This document shows, piece by piece, positions 9,075-18,300 of a DNA stretch of 64,000 nucleotides. The first letter of the stretch is position 1, and every line of letters starts with the position of its first letter. The DNA is from an uncultured Chlamydiales bacterium (lineage in GTDB: Bacteria; Chlamydiota; Chlamydiia; Chlamydiales; JAAKFR01), in the NCBI GenBank assembly GCA_963699155.1, contig OY969414.1, positions 1,835,757 through 1,899,756 on the forward strand, written 5' to 3'. The position numbers and the translations under genes are program-made. Below the pieces are notes generated by a model. It was not told where the DNA came from and made no database searches. It was given only the letters and a program-made list of their open reading frames with translations.

Positions 9075-9217
9075 TGAAGATGGCTTGTGGCTCGGCAATT
9101 GGCGCCGTTGGGAGTGACAGCGGCCCGAAGAGGGCCGCGAGCGACCTTCGGCGCCTTTTTCCCGCGCCTGAGACCGAGGCGCGCCAGCAGCCGAGTGTCG
9201 CAGCGACGGGCATTGAT
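9075..9217 (-). repeat. GC-rich structured repeat/MITE, copy B (inverted relative to A)
   Basis: Reverse complement ATCAATGCCCGTCGCTGCGACACTCGGCTGCTGG...CAACGGCGCCAATTGCCGAGCC aligns with copy A. Confidence 0.8.
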
Positions 9218-9227
9218 TCTGAAAGAA

Positions 9228-11623
9228 TCAAGCGCGGCGCTTTTTCTTGTGTTCGTAGGTGGCGATGGTGGAGCGGGTGGAGATGAGGGCATCGGGGCTG
9301 AGGCTGATGCTATCGATGCCGCAATCGATGAGGAATTTGGTAAATTCGGGAAAGGTTGAGGGGGCGTCGCCGCAAATGCCGATCTTCTTTTTTCTTTTTT
9401 TTGCGATGGCGACCACTTGAGCGATGAGGCGCATGACAGCTTCGTTGCGCTCATCAAAAATATCGGCAACCAGTTCGCTATCTCTGTCAACTCCGAGAGT
9501 GAACTGAGTCAAATCGTTACTGCCGATGCTGAAGCCATCAAAAATATCGCAAAAGCTCTCTGCTAAGATGACATTGGAGGGAATTTCGCACATGACATAG
9601 ATCTCTAGGCCATTTTTCCCTTGTATGAGGCCATTTTCTTTCATGACGCTGATGACTTTTTTTCCCTCTGCAGGCGTGCGGCAGACAGGGATCATGACCT
9701 TCAAGTTGGTCAAACCAAATTCTTCGCGGACCTTCTTGACAGCAGCACACTCGAGGGCAAAACCCTCTCTATAACCTGGCTTGTAGTAGCGGGAAGCTCC
9801 GCGCCAACCAATCATGGGATTGGCCTCTTTAGGTTCGAAATAGTGCCCGCCAATTAAATGGGCATACTCATTGGTCTTGAAATCGCTGAATCGCAAGATG
9901 ACATCGCGTGGAAAAAAGGCTGCCGCAATGATGGCAACGCCATGAGCCAATTTGTCGACAAAAAATTGCTTTTTGTCAGCATAACCTGCCGTCATCCTTT
10001 CGATTTCTCGCCTTGTTGCTCTATCCTTCACCTGATCAAAATGAACAAGGGCCATGGGATGAATGCGGATATGCTCGTTAATGATAAATTCCTGGCGCGC
10101 CAATCCGACACCATCTGAGGGAAGAAAGCTGAGCTCGAAAGCTTCATCAGGATTGCCCACATTGATCATGACCTTCGTTTTCGTCTGCGGGCTTTTTTCG
10201 ATATCTATCGTTTTTGTCTCATATTTAAGTAGACCCTCATAGACGACACCATGTTCTCCCTCAGCGCAACTCACCGTGATCGGTTTACCTGTTTTAACCA
10301 CCTCTGTTGCATCATTGGTCCCGACAATGCAGGGAAGGCCCAATTCACGGCTCACAATCGCCGCGTGCGAAGTTCTGCCACCCCTATTGGTGACAATGGC
10401 AGAGGCAATTTGCATAATAGGCACCCAGTCTGGATCGGTCATCTCTGTGACAAGGATCTCTTTCTCGTGAAATTTGTTGATCTCTTTGACATTTTTAATG
10501 ACGTGCGCTTTACCTTGAGCGATTTTCTTGCCTACACTTTTACCGACAGTCAGCACCTTTCCTTTTTCTAATAGACGTTCTTCTTCAAGAATGTGCGTTT
10601 TTTCTGGGATTGCACCGTCTCGGGACGTGCTTGAACAATAAAGAGTTGTCCCGTGCGTCCATCTTTAGCCCATTCAATGTCCATGGGCATCCATTTTTTG
10701 TACTTTTTGCTGTAGTGATCTTCGATCACCATCGACCACCTTGCGAGCTGCAAAACTTCACGATCATTCAGGCAAAAGGATTTTTGCTCAGGAAGTGGTG
10801 TTGTAATTGTTTTTAATTTTTTTCTCGAATAAACAATCTTGGTGGCCTTATCTCCCAATCTTTTATCAATTATCGACTTAAATCCTTTTTTCAAAGTGGG
10901 CTTAAAGACATAGAATTCATCGGGATTCACAGTCCCTTGGACCACATTCTCTCCCAGTCCGTAACTCCCTGTGATATAGACAACGCCTGGAAAACCTGTC
11001 TCCGTATCGAGTGTGAAGCAGACACCTGCTGATGCCAGATCGGAGCGGACCATCTTCTGAACACCGATAGAGAGGAGCACTTTAAAATGGTCAAATCCTT
11101 GGTTTTCTCTATAGACAATTGCCCGATTGGTAAAAAGAGAGGCAAAACAGCGTTTACATGCCTCGAGCAGTTCGTCGACGCTCGAAATATGAAGAAAAGA
11201 TTCTTGCTGGCCGGCAAAACTGGCGCTCGGCAAATCCTCGGCCGTAGCTGATGAGCGCACAGCCACATCTATCGCTTTGAGCTTACGGTAGGCCCCTGCA
11301 ATCGCATCTCGAAGGGGTTTTGGAAAGGTAGAACCAAGAAGAATTTGGCGTGCGGCATGTCCGACCTCCTCAAGAGAGCGTCCATTTTTGATCTCTAACT
11401 TCTGAAAAACTTTCTCTAATTCAGCCCGTTTCCCCGTCTCTTCAAGCAGATACTGATAAGCATAGGAGGTGATGGCAAAGCCATTGGGTATATTGACCTT
11501 TTGGCTTTTTAAAGAGCGATACATCTCTCCGAGCGATGCATTCTTTCCCCCGACAAGAGGAACATCTTCGATAGAAATCTCATTAAACCAGAGGATGAAG
11601 GGATTTGAACCAGCCATTCTCAT
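9228..11623 (-). pseudogene. ppsA: Phosphoenolpyruvate synthase split into two ORFs (10568-11623 and 9228-10556) by a 1-nt frameshift
   Basis: N-half has VGGKNASLGEM, VAVRSSATAED and QARPETV. C-half has GGRTSHAAI and GFSIGSNDLTQ. One extra A in the A6 run (T6 at 10598-10603) joins them in frame. Confidence 0.9.
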
Positions 11624-11649
11624 CCCTATACCAGGTGGTCATTTTATTG

Positions 11650-13052
11650 TCAGAGTAAGATCTCTTTCAGCCCTTCCCAACCAGGGTGGACACATTCTAA
11701 GAGAGCAGAGATTTTAGCCACTGAGTTGGTCATCCCATTGATGATCTCTCTTTGTTGTGAAGGCTCTTTATGGAGGACGCCGACCAGAGAGAGAAAGGCC
11801 CAATCACGCGATTTTGGCTTCACATTTTGAGCTGACTTTTTAGCTTGGGGGATTAAACCCAGATCAATTTCAAGATCAACAAAGTGATAAAAATACCAGA
11901 GAGACATATCCTGTTCAGGAAGAGGGTCAATCTCTAATTTGAGTTGACGAAGAGTCCCTTGAATCTCTCTCTCTCTCTTGCAAATTCAATTTTTACAACC
12001 TCGTGCATCAAATGGTGGCGATCATCACCTCCCAAAGTCGGTGCCACCTTTTTAGATTCTTCAATCACTTTATCGAGATCAGCAGTGGGATCAACCTCAG
12101 CGATTTTCAATTTTGCTAAGGCAATATAATAGTTATCTTTCAACAATAAGAAGGTCTCTTTTGCATCCTCAAGGCTGACTTTTCGCTCCTCGAGAATCAA
12201 CGCATAGAGTGCGAAGTCTCGCGACCTGTCATTTAGATTTCCTTGGAGGGGAATTTGAAGAGCGATCTTTTTTGCCTCCCTCCAGTTGATGGGCAACATC
12301 AGGAAAAAAAATGCACGAATGGCCGCAGCTCTAGTATCGATACGCTCTATAGAGAGCGCTGTTGTTAGGGCTCTTTTCTGATCGAGTTTCGCCTCCTGTT
12401 TCACGATCTCAACCCACCCCTCTTCTACCCATCCATACTCGTAACGCTGGATAGACTTCTTGGCCTCTTCGACATTAGACCTTGCCTCAACTTTCACTAA
12501 ATTTTCAGCCAGCATTCTAATATTATCCTGATCCTCGCTTAAGAGCTCCTTTGCCAGATCTAAATGCCCTTCCGGCTTGAATTGAGCGAGCAGGATATGC
12601 GCATCTGCTAGAGCATAATGATCGTCGGCGTCAATGAATAGCAGCGTCAATTCTGCAGCAGGGAGATCAAAGGTAGCTTCCACACATAAAATACGCGTTA
12701 GCGCTGAATTCACATCATCCAATAAAGGCACAAGCTCTTTAGCTTTCTTTACTGTCTCTTTCGCTTGTGTGGGGCTGAAAGTTCCTTCCACAAGGGCAAT
12801 ATCTAGATAGGCAGAGCATTGATCGCGAAGTGACGCTAATTTTTTAGCCTCCGATTTAGCCCGCTCAAGATAGACCCACCTTCTCACCTCGGCGGCTCGA
12901 CTCGCTAAATCTAACCAACTTTTACAGACAAAAAGAGTACTTACGATCCCTTCGGCTGGGAAATACTGTATGACATGTGGAACAATTTCAACAGGTAAAA
13001 GAGACAAGTCAAAGAGTGGTCCACCTGGGGTGATTTGAGAAGCCATAATCAA
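11650..13052 (-). CDS. F-box-like protein with helical repeats, split into 11934-13052 and 11650-11907 at a (GA)7 tract
   Basis: N-terminal LSLLPVEIVPHVIQYF...VCKSW F-box pattern. The repeat motif (AKK.A..I...SRD.A) recurs in both ORFs. Removing one GA unit fuses them. Confidence 0.7.
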
Positions 13053-13095
13053 ATTGTATACTAGGTATATTAAGACTCGATTAAACCCGAAATGA

Positions 13096-14115
13096 CTAGG
13101 GAATTACCCAGGATTGGCCTGGAGAGAGGGCGCGGAAGGTGTTTTCGGGTAGATGGTGGAATTGTTTGGCCTGTGAGAGGGCGACGACAGGGTCATCATA
13201 GCCTTCATCGGCGAGATGGAAGGTGGCGAAGTGGATGGCAAGGGTTGGAGGTTTGCCTAGGGCGATGTGGGCCTGGACGGCATCCTCGGGGCTGAAGTGG
13301 GCATAGCGCATGAACCAGCGAGGCTCGTAAGAGCCGATCGGCAGAAGGGCCAAGCGGAAAGAGCCATATTTCTCCCTCAGCTTTTGATAGAGAGGCTGAT
13401 AGTAGCCACTATCCCCTCCAAAGTAGAGAGTGCCAGAAGTTGTTTGGATGACATAAGAGCCCCAGAGCGCTTTATCACGATCCCACAAACCGCGACTCGA
13501 CCAGTGTTGTGCCGGTTCTAGGGTGATAGTGGCACCATTGATTTGTTTTTGCTCTTCCCAGTCAAGTGCTACCGATTGGATCGAGGAATCGAGCTTGCGG
13601 AGAAGGGTATCGTTCCCAAGTGGGCATAAGATCAGTGGGCGATCGCGCTGCCAGATTTGCTGGAGCGTCTTAAGATCCAAATGGTCATAATGGTTATGAC
13701 TCAGTAGGATGAGATCGATCTTCGGCAGATGGTCAAAAGAGATCCCCGGATCTGTCACCCTCTGTAACATCAGTCCAGGCAATGGCCCAATTTTTTGGGA
13801 CCAGACAGGATCGGTCAAGATATTGAGCCCCTCCGTTTGAATCAAGACAGTAGCGTGGCCGACAAAAGAGAGACGGAGCTTATCCCCTTCCACGCGAGCG
13901 GGTGGCAGATCGGCAAACAGGTTATCCACATGTTTAGGCCAAGTTTTGCCTTTTGGTCCCATCTTCCACTTTAAAACGGAAAGAAAAGTGCCTTCCCGCT
14001 TGGCCCAAGGGTTAAAAAAATGGCTCCCATCAAAATGATCGCTCACAGGCCCTTCGTAGTAAGTTACTGGGAAAAAGAGAATCCATAACCATAGTGAAAA
14101 GTAACATTTTTTCAT
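13096..14115 (-). CDS. MBL-fold metallo-hydrolase (NAPE-PLD/RomA-like)
   Basis: SHNHYDHLD, PAQHWSSR, GDSGY and LPIGSYEPRW. N-terminal signal or anchor. Confidence 0.88.
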   Translation of the reverse strand: MKKCYFSLWLWILFFPVTYYEGPVSDHFDGSHFFNPWAKREGTFLSVLKWKMGPKGKTWPKHVDNLFADLPPARVEGDKLRLSFVGHATVLIQTEGLNILTDPVWSQKIGPLPGLMLQRVTDPGISFDHLPKIDLILLSHNHYDHLDLKTLQQIWQRDRPLILCPLGNDTLLRKLDSSIQSVALDWEEQKQINGATITLEPAQHWSSRGLWDRDKALWGSYVIQTTSGTLYFGGDSGYYQPLYQKLREKYGSFRLALLPIGSYEPRWFMRYAHFSPEDAVQAHIALGKPPTLAIHFATFHLADEGYDDPVVALSQAKQFHHLPENTFRALSPGQSWVIP

Positions 14116-14192
14116 AATGCCCCAGTTGGAAATTTGACTATAAGGGATTGAGTTTTTATAGTGCGAATTTTACAAAAACCGAGGTAGGTGTC

Positions 14193-14444
14193 GTGTACGC
14201 GAAAATAAATGCATGGAAATTAGGGCTGGCGGGCGGAATCCTCTGGGGAATCCTGCTCTTTATTATGACTTGGATGGCCAAATATACTGGCTATGGGATG
14301 TTCTGGCTATCACAGTGGATTGATATCTATCCAGGCTATGTGCTGACAGCGCAGGGAGCTTTTATTGGTTTGATCTATGGTTTTGTCGCTGGCTTTATCT
14401 CGATGTATCTCTTAGGCTTGGTCTACAATTTATTCAAACCGTAA
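14193..14444 (+). CDS. Small two-helix membrane protein (holin-like family possible)
   Basis: Two hydrophobic helices flanking IYPGY. GTG start after a GAGGT RBS. Confidence 0.6.
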   Translation: MYAKINAWKLGLAGGILWGILLFIMTWMAKYTGYGMFWLSQWIDIYPGYVLTAQGAFIGLIYGFVAGFISMYLLGLVYNLFKP

Positions 14445-14503
14445 AAGGCTGAGCTATTTTTTTCTTGGGTTCTCGCTGATCAGCCTATAGAATAAATATA
14501 GGT

Positions 14504-15694
14504 ATGGGTGAGCAATCGTTACACTACAACTATCTGATCGTGGGTGGGGGCATGACTGCTGATGCGGCTGTTCAGGGAATTCGAGAGATCGATTTCTCAG
14601 GAAGGATCGGCATCATCTCCCAAGAGAGCGATCCCCCCTATAATCGTCCTCCTCTCACCAAGGGACTCTGGTTTGGCAATCCAGAAGAGAGCATCTGGCG
14701 CAAGACCGAACAGCATCATGTCGATCTGCATCTCAGTAAAACGATCCTCTCCTTCGACCCGACTGCCCACACCGTAACAGATAGCTCAGGAAGACTCTAT
14801 CACTACGAGAAACTGCTTTTAGCAACGGGTGGCTCTCCAAAAAAACTTCCCTTTCCCTCCGATGGTGCCATATACTACAGGACGCTCGCCGACTACCATC
14901 GCCTGCGCAATTTATACCAGAGAGGAAACGACTTTATCGTGATCGGTGCCGGCTACATCGGGAGTGAAATAGCTGCCGCACTCGCGATGAATGGAAAAAA
15001 TGTGACCCTGATCTTTCAAGATGGGAACATTGGAGAGCATCAATTCCCGAAACAGTTTTCTCGGTTTCTCAGCGCCTTCTTTACAGAGAAGGGTGTTCGG
15101 CTTGTCCCAAAACAGAGAGCGACAGCGATTTCTCGCATCAATGACAAATGGAAAGTGGTGACAAACCATGACGAAACCTTCTTTGCAGATGGGGTGATCA
15201 TCGGTATCGGAATTACTCCCAATGTCGATCTGGCAGAGAAAGCCGGAGCCACTATCGACAATGGCATTGTTGTCGACCCCCTATTGAAAAGCTCTCTGCC
15301 CGATGTGTGGGCCGCTGGAGATGTCGCCAATTTTTACAGCCCCCATTTAGATAAAAGAGTCCGCATCGAACATGAGGATGCTGCCAATACGATGGGAAAG
15401 GCGGCGGGCCGCAATATGGCGGGAGCACAAGAGCCCTATTCCTATCTTCCCTTTTTCTATTCTGACCTTTTTGAGATCGGCTACGAGGGCATTGGCGAAA
15501 TCGCCAGCGACATGGAGATCATTGAAGAGTGGATTGAGCCCTATCGAGAGGGTTCTATCTACTATTTGCGCGAGGGCAAATTGCGCGGGGCTATCTTTGT
15601 CCATGTCTGGGACCAGATCCCCAAAGCACGCGAAATGATCGCCTCTCAGCAGCCTTTTGCGTTGTCACTATCAGGTGGCATCGAATTTGCTTGA
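14504..15694 (+). CDS. NAD(P)/FAD-dependent oxidoreductase (ferredoxin reductase-like)
   Basis: IVGGG, PYNRPPLTK, LATGG, IGAGYIGSE and AAGDVA motifs. Confidence 0.88.
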   Translation: MGEQSLHYNYLIVGGGMTADAAVQGIREIDFSGRIGIISQESDPPYNRPPLTKGLWFGNPEESIWRKTEQHHVDLHLSKTILSFDPTAHTVTDSSGRLYHYEKLLLATGGSPKKLPFPSDGAIYYRTLADYHRLRNLYQRGNDFIVIGAGYIGSEIAAALAMNGKNVTLIFQDGNIGEHQFPKQFSRFLSAFFTEKGVRLVPKQRATAISRINDKWKVVTNHDETFFADGVIIGIGITPNVDLAEKAGATIDNGIVVDPLLKSSLPDVWAAGDVANFYSPHLDKRVRIEHEDAANTMGKAAGRNMAGAQEPYSYLPFFYSDLFEIGYEGIGEIASDMEIIEEWIEPYREGSIYYLREGKLRGAIFVHVWDQIPKAREMIASQQPFALSLSGGIEFA

Positions 15695-15703
15695 TATCAG
15701 GTA

Positions 15704-16150
15704 ATGGAGTCAAAGATGAGAAAAGTCTGGATCGTTGTTGCCAATAGTACCCAAGCCAAAATTTATCAAGCGGAAAGCGCTAATAAACTTGTCGAGAAAA
15801 AGTTCATGGAGCATGTCGAGGGTCATCTTCGAGCCAGTGAGCTTGTCTCAGATGGGCAAGGCCGCACGACCAATACACAGATGTTCGGCAGCGATACTTA
15901 CCAAGCAAAAACTCCTGTGAAAATGAAAGAGGCGATCCGCTTTTCTGATCAGATCGTCGAGTTTTTAGAGAACATCTACAATAGCGGTGATTGTGAGCGG
16001 CTCTACATTATCGCCAAGGCCCCTTTTTTGTCTCACCTGCGCGACTCTCTTTCTCCTAACTTAGCCAAATTGGTCCATAAAGAGATCGGCAAAGATCTGA
16101 CTCAGCTAACGGCCGATCAAGTCAGAGAGTATCTGCCTCCTGCTATTTAA
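15704..16150 (+). CDS. Host attachment protein family (baeRF12-like)
   Basis: WIVVAN...A.I, ELVSDGQGR, LYIIAKAPFLSHLR and EIGKDLT pattern. Confidence 0.8.
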   Translation: MESKMRKVWIVVANSTQAKIYQAESANKLVEKKFMEHVEGHLRASELVSDGQGRTTNTQMFGSDTYQAKTPVKMKEAIRFSDQIVEFLENIYNSGDCERLYIIAKAPFLSHLRDSLSPNLAKLVHKEIGKDLTQLTADQVREYLPPAI

Positions 16151-16318
16151 AAACCTTAGTTTTGAGATTTTCTCCTCAGATTCAGAGGAGTTTACGCAGC
16201 AAATCTTGGGATTTTCGGCCGAAGCAAATGGCCAAAGGCCCTTTGCGAGGACGAAAAGCGCAAGATTTGCTGCGTAAACTCCTCTGAATCTGAGGAGAAA
16301 ATCTCAAAACTAAGGTTT
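16151..16318. repeat. 168-bp palindromic element with 58-bp perfect arms
   Basis: 16151-16208 is the exact reverse complement of 16261-16318. The 52-bp centre is an imperfect palindrome. Confidence 0.95.
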
Positions 16319-16972
16319 AAGCGGAAAGCGTGCGTAGATGCGAATGACCGATTGGTTCAGCCATCTTTGACCATTCCAGAGCGAGCGGTAGATATATTCT
16401 ATTTGGCCTATGAAACTCTCAAAGAAGGGAAACCGTAGGCCTCCACCTGCGCGATTTTCAAAAAATCCCACTCTGTCAGTAAAGAAAAGTTCATCGAAGA
16501 GATAGGGCTTTGCTTTGATCTTCCCGAACTCGATGGGAAAAAAGAGCATCGGCCGGAAGCGGAAGAGCCACTCATTGGGTCTATTCTCTTGGAAAATCAG
16601 GTATTGCACTTGGTGTCGCAAGGAGGCTTCCCAACCTTTCCAATCCTTATGAAGTATCAGAAAAAACATCGGCGCATAGGTTTTATGCCATTTGCGAATC
16701 TGGTTGTTCAGGATGAAGCTTTGGCGATAGCCTGGGGCAAACTCCAACCAATCTGTCAAATCGAGACGCACATTTCCCTGGAGGTATTGAAAATAGAGGG
16801 TAGAACTATCTCCTGCCCACCTTTGCTCCGCTCTAAAAAGGAGGCCCATTTTTTTCCCAATAGGTTTGTCAACCTCCTCATGCATCCACCATTGAAAGTC
16901 GCCATCCCCATTAATCTCACGGGCTGTTAAGGGAGAGAGCATAGCTAAAAGAAGGAGAACTATCTTTTTCAT
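16310..16972 (-). CDS. Outer-membrane beta-barrel protein (DUF2490-like)
   Basis: Signal peptide, alternating aromatic strands, PYLFDELFF...ENRAGGG. Confidence 0.7.
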   Translation of the reverse strand: MKKIVLLLLAMLSPLTAREINGDGDFQWWMHEEVDKPIGKKMGLLFRAEQRWAGDSSTLYFQYLQGNVRLDLTDWLEFAPGYRQSFILNNQIRKWHKTYAPMFFLILHKDWKGWEASLRHQVQYLIFQENRPNEWLFRFRPMLFFPIEFGKIKAKPYLFDELFFTDRVGFFENRAGGGLRFPFFESFIGQIEYIYRSLWNGQRWLNQSVIRIYARFPLKP

Positions 16973-18279
16973 GTATGCTCTTTTTGAAAGTCTGCAAGAA
17001 TTTGATTTCCCTCTCTGACAGCTCCGTCGAGTGCCTCCTGCCCTGACATCTCTCCATGAATTGCCTTTTCTAGATAGTCGATGATCTTGTCGCGAATCAC
17101 CGGATAATCCCCTAAACGGATCCCTTTGGTAAAAGGTGTGGGGCTCTGCATCACTGTGCAGACAGCGATTTCCGCAGCCGGATGTTTTTCATAAAATCCT
17201 TTTTTCTTGGTCAGGTAGTAGGCAGACTCTGTGATCGGAAGATAGCCTGTCTGCTGGTGCCACCAGGCTTGCACTTCAGGAAGGGAAAGATAGGCAAAAA
17301 ATTGGGCGATACCTCGATAGCTCTCTTCATCAAAGCCTTTGAGAGCCCAAAAGGAAGAGCCCCCAATGTTCAAGTTATAGGGAGCTCCAGGAATCTCTTT
17401 GCAATAGGGGAAAAAGCCTACACCGATCGGCTTTTTTGTGAGCCGCTCCAAAACAGGTAAGCGGTTTGCCCCCTGGAGCAGAATGGCACACCGTCCAGAG
17501 GCAAACAACTCCTCCGGCTCTTTTGTAAAGCGCCCCTGATAGCTAAAAATGCCCTCCTTAGCCCATTCAGCAAGCTTGTTGAGATGGCGGACAGGATAGG
17601 GACTATTAAAAATGAGGCGGGAGTTTAACCCCTTGAAGCCATTTTCTTGTGTGGCAAAAGGGATATTATGCCAGGCGCAGAAAAATTCGAGATGATAAGC
17701 AGCGGGCCAAGCTGTCGTGAAGCCTGTAAATCCCGCTTCAACCAGTTTTTTTCCCATTTTTTCCATCTGCTCCCAAGTTTTTGGAGGCGATCCTGGATCG
17801 AGACCTGCTTTAACAAAGGCCTCTTTGTTATAAAAGAGAATCCCTGTTGAGGCATTCCAGGGAAGGGAGTACATCTCCCCCTCAGATGTCGCATAAAACT
17901 CTCGAACAGCATCGATGTAGATTGCGGGATCAAACTTTTTATAGAAAGCACGCATCAGCTCTTCCGCTGAGCGAAACATCTCTGGCTTCATCATCATCGT
18001 CTGCGTGGCCACCTCATAGACCTGGAGGATGTGGGGCGGCTTTCCTAGCTCAAAAGCCTCTACACCATTGTCAAAAGTCTCCCGATAATTTCCTTGATAG
18101 ACGAGCTTGATCTGACAGCTGCTCGACTGGTGGTTAAAATCTTCAACCAGTTCATTAAATTTTTCATATAAAAAACCCTCAAAGGCATGCCACATCACGA
18201 TTTCTTGAGCCGCGGCAAAACCTTTTGTTATCAAAAAAAGAAGGATTAATGTGAGGATCATTTTGAACTTCATTGCCAT
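16969..18279 (-). CDS. ugpB: sn-glycerol-3-phosphate ABC transporter substrate-binding protein
   Basis: WHAF.G, PHILQVYEVATQTMM, SLPWNAST, IGGSSFW, WHQQTGYLPIT and KGIRLG. Confidence 0.8.
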   Translation of the reverse strand: MAMKFKMILTLILLFLITKGFAAAQEIVMWHAFEGFLYEKFNELVEDFNHQSSSCQIKLVYQGNYRETFDNGVEAFELGKPPHILQVYEVATQTMMMKPEMFRSAEELMRAFYKKFDPAIYIDAVREFYATSEGEMYSLPWNASTGILFYNKEAFVKAGLDPGSPPKTWEQMEKMGKKLVEAGFTGFTTAWPAAYHLEFFCAWHNIPFATQENGFKGLNSRLIFNSPYPVRHLNKLAEWAKEGIFSYQGRFTKEPEELFASGRCAILLQGANRLPVLERLTKKPIGVGFFPYCKEIPGAPYNLNIGGSSFWALKGFDEESYRGIAQFFAYLSLPEVQAWWHQQTGYLPITESAYYLTKKKGFYEKHPAAEIAVCTVMQSPTPFTKGIRLGDYPVIRDKIIDYLEKAIHGEMSGQEALDGAVREGNQILADFQKEHT

Positions 18280-18300
18280 AAAGTGTAAAATATTTCAGCC

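Noticed and set aside
8720..9490. Several overlapping short ORFs across the GC-rich repeats
   Set aside because: They are products of stop-poor repeat sequence; only the IS1182 fragment has a recognisable signature.
14193..14444. Holin-like gene as evidence of a prophage
   Set aside because: No endolysin, structural or integrase genes lie nearby.
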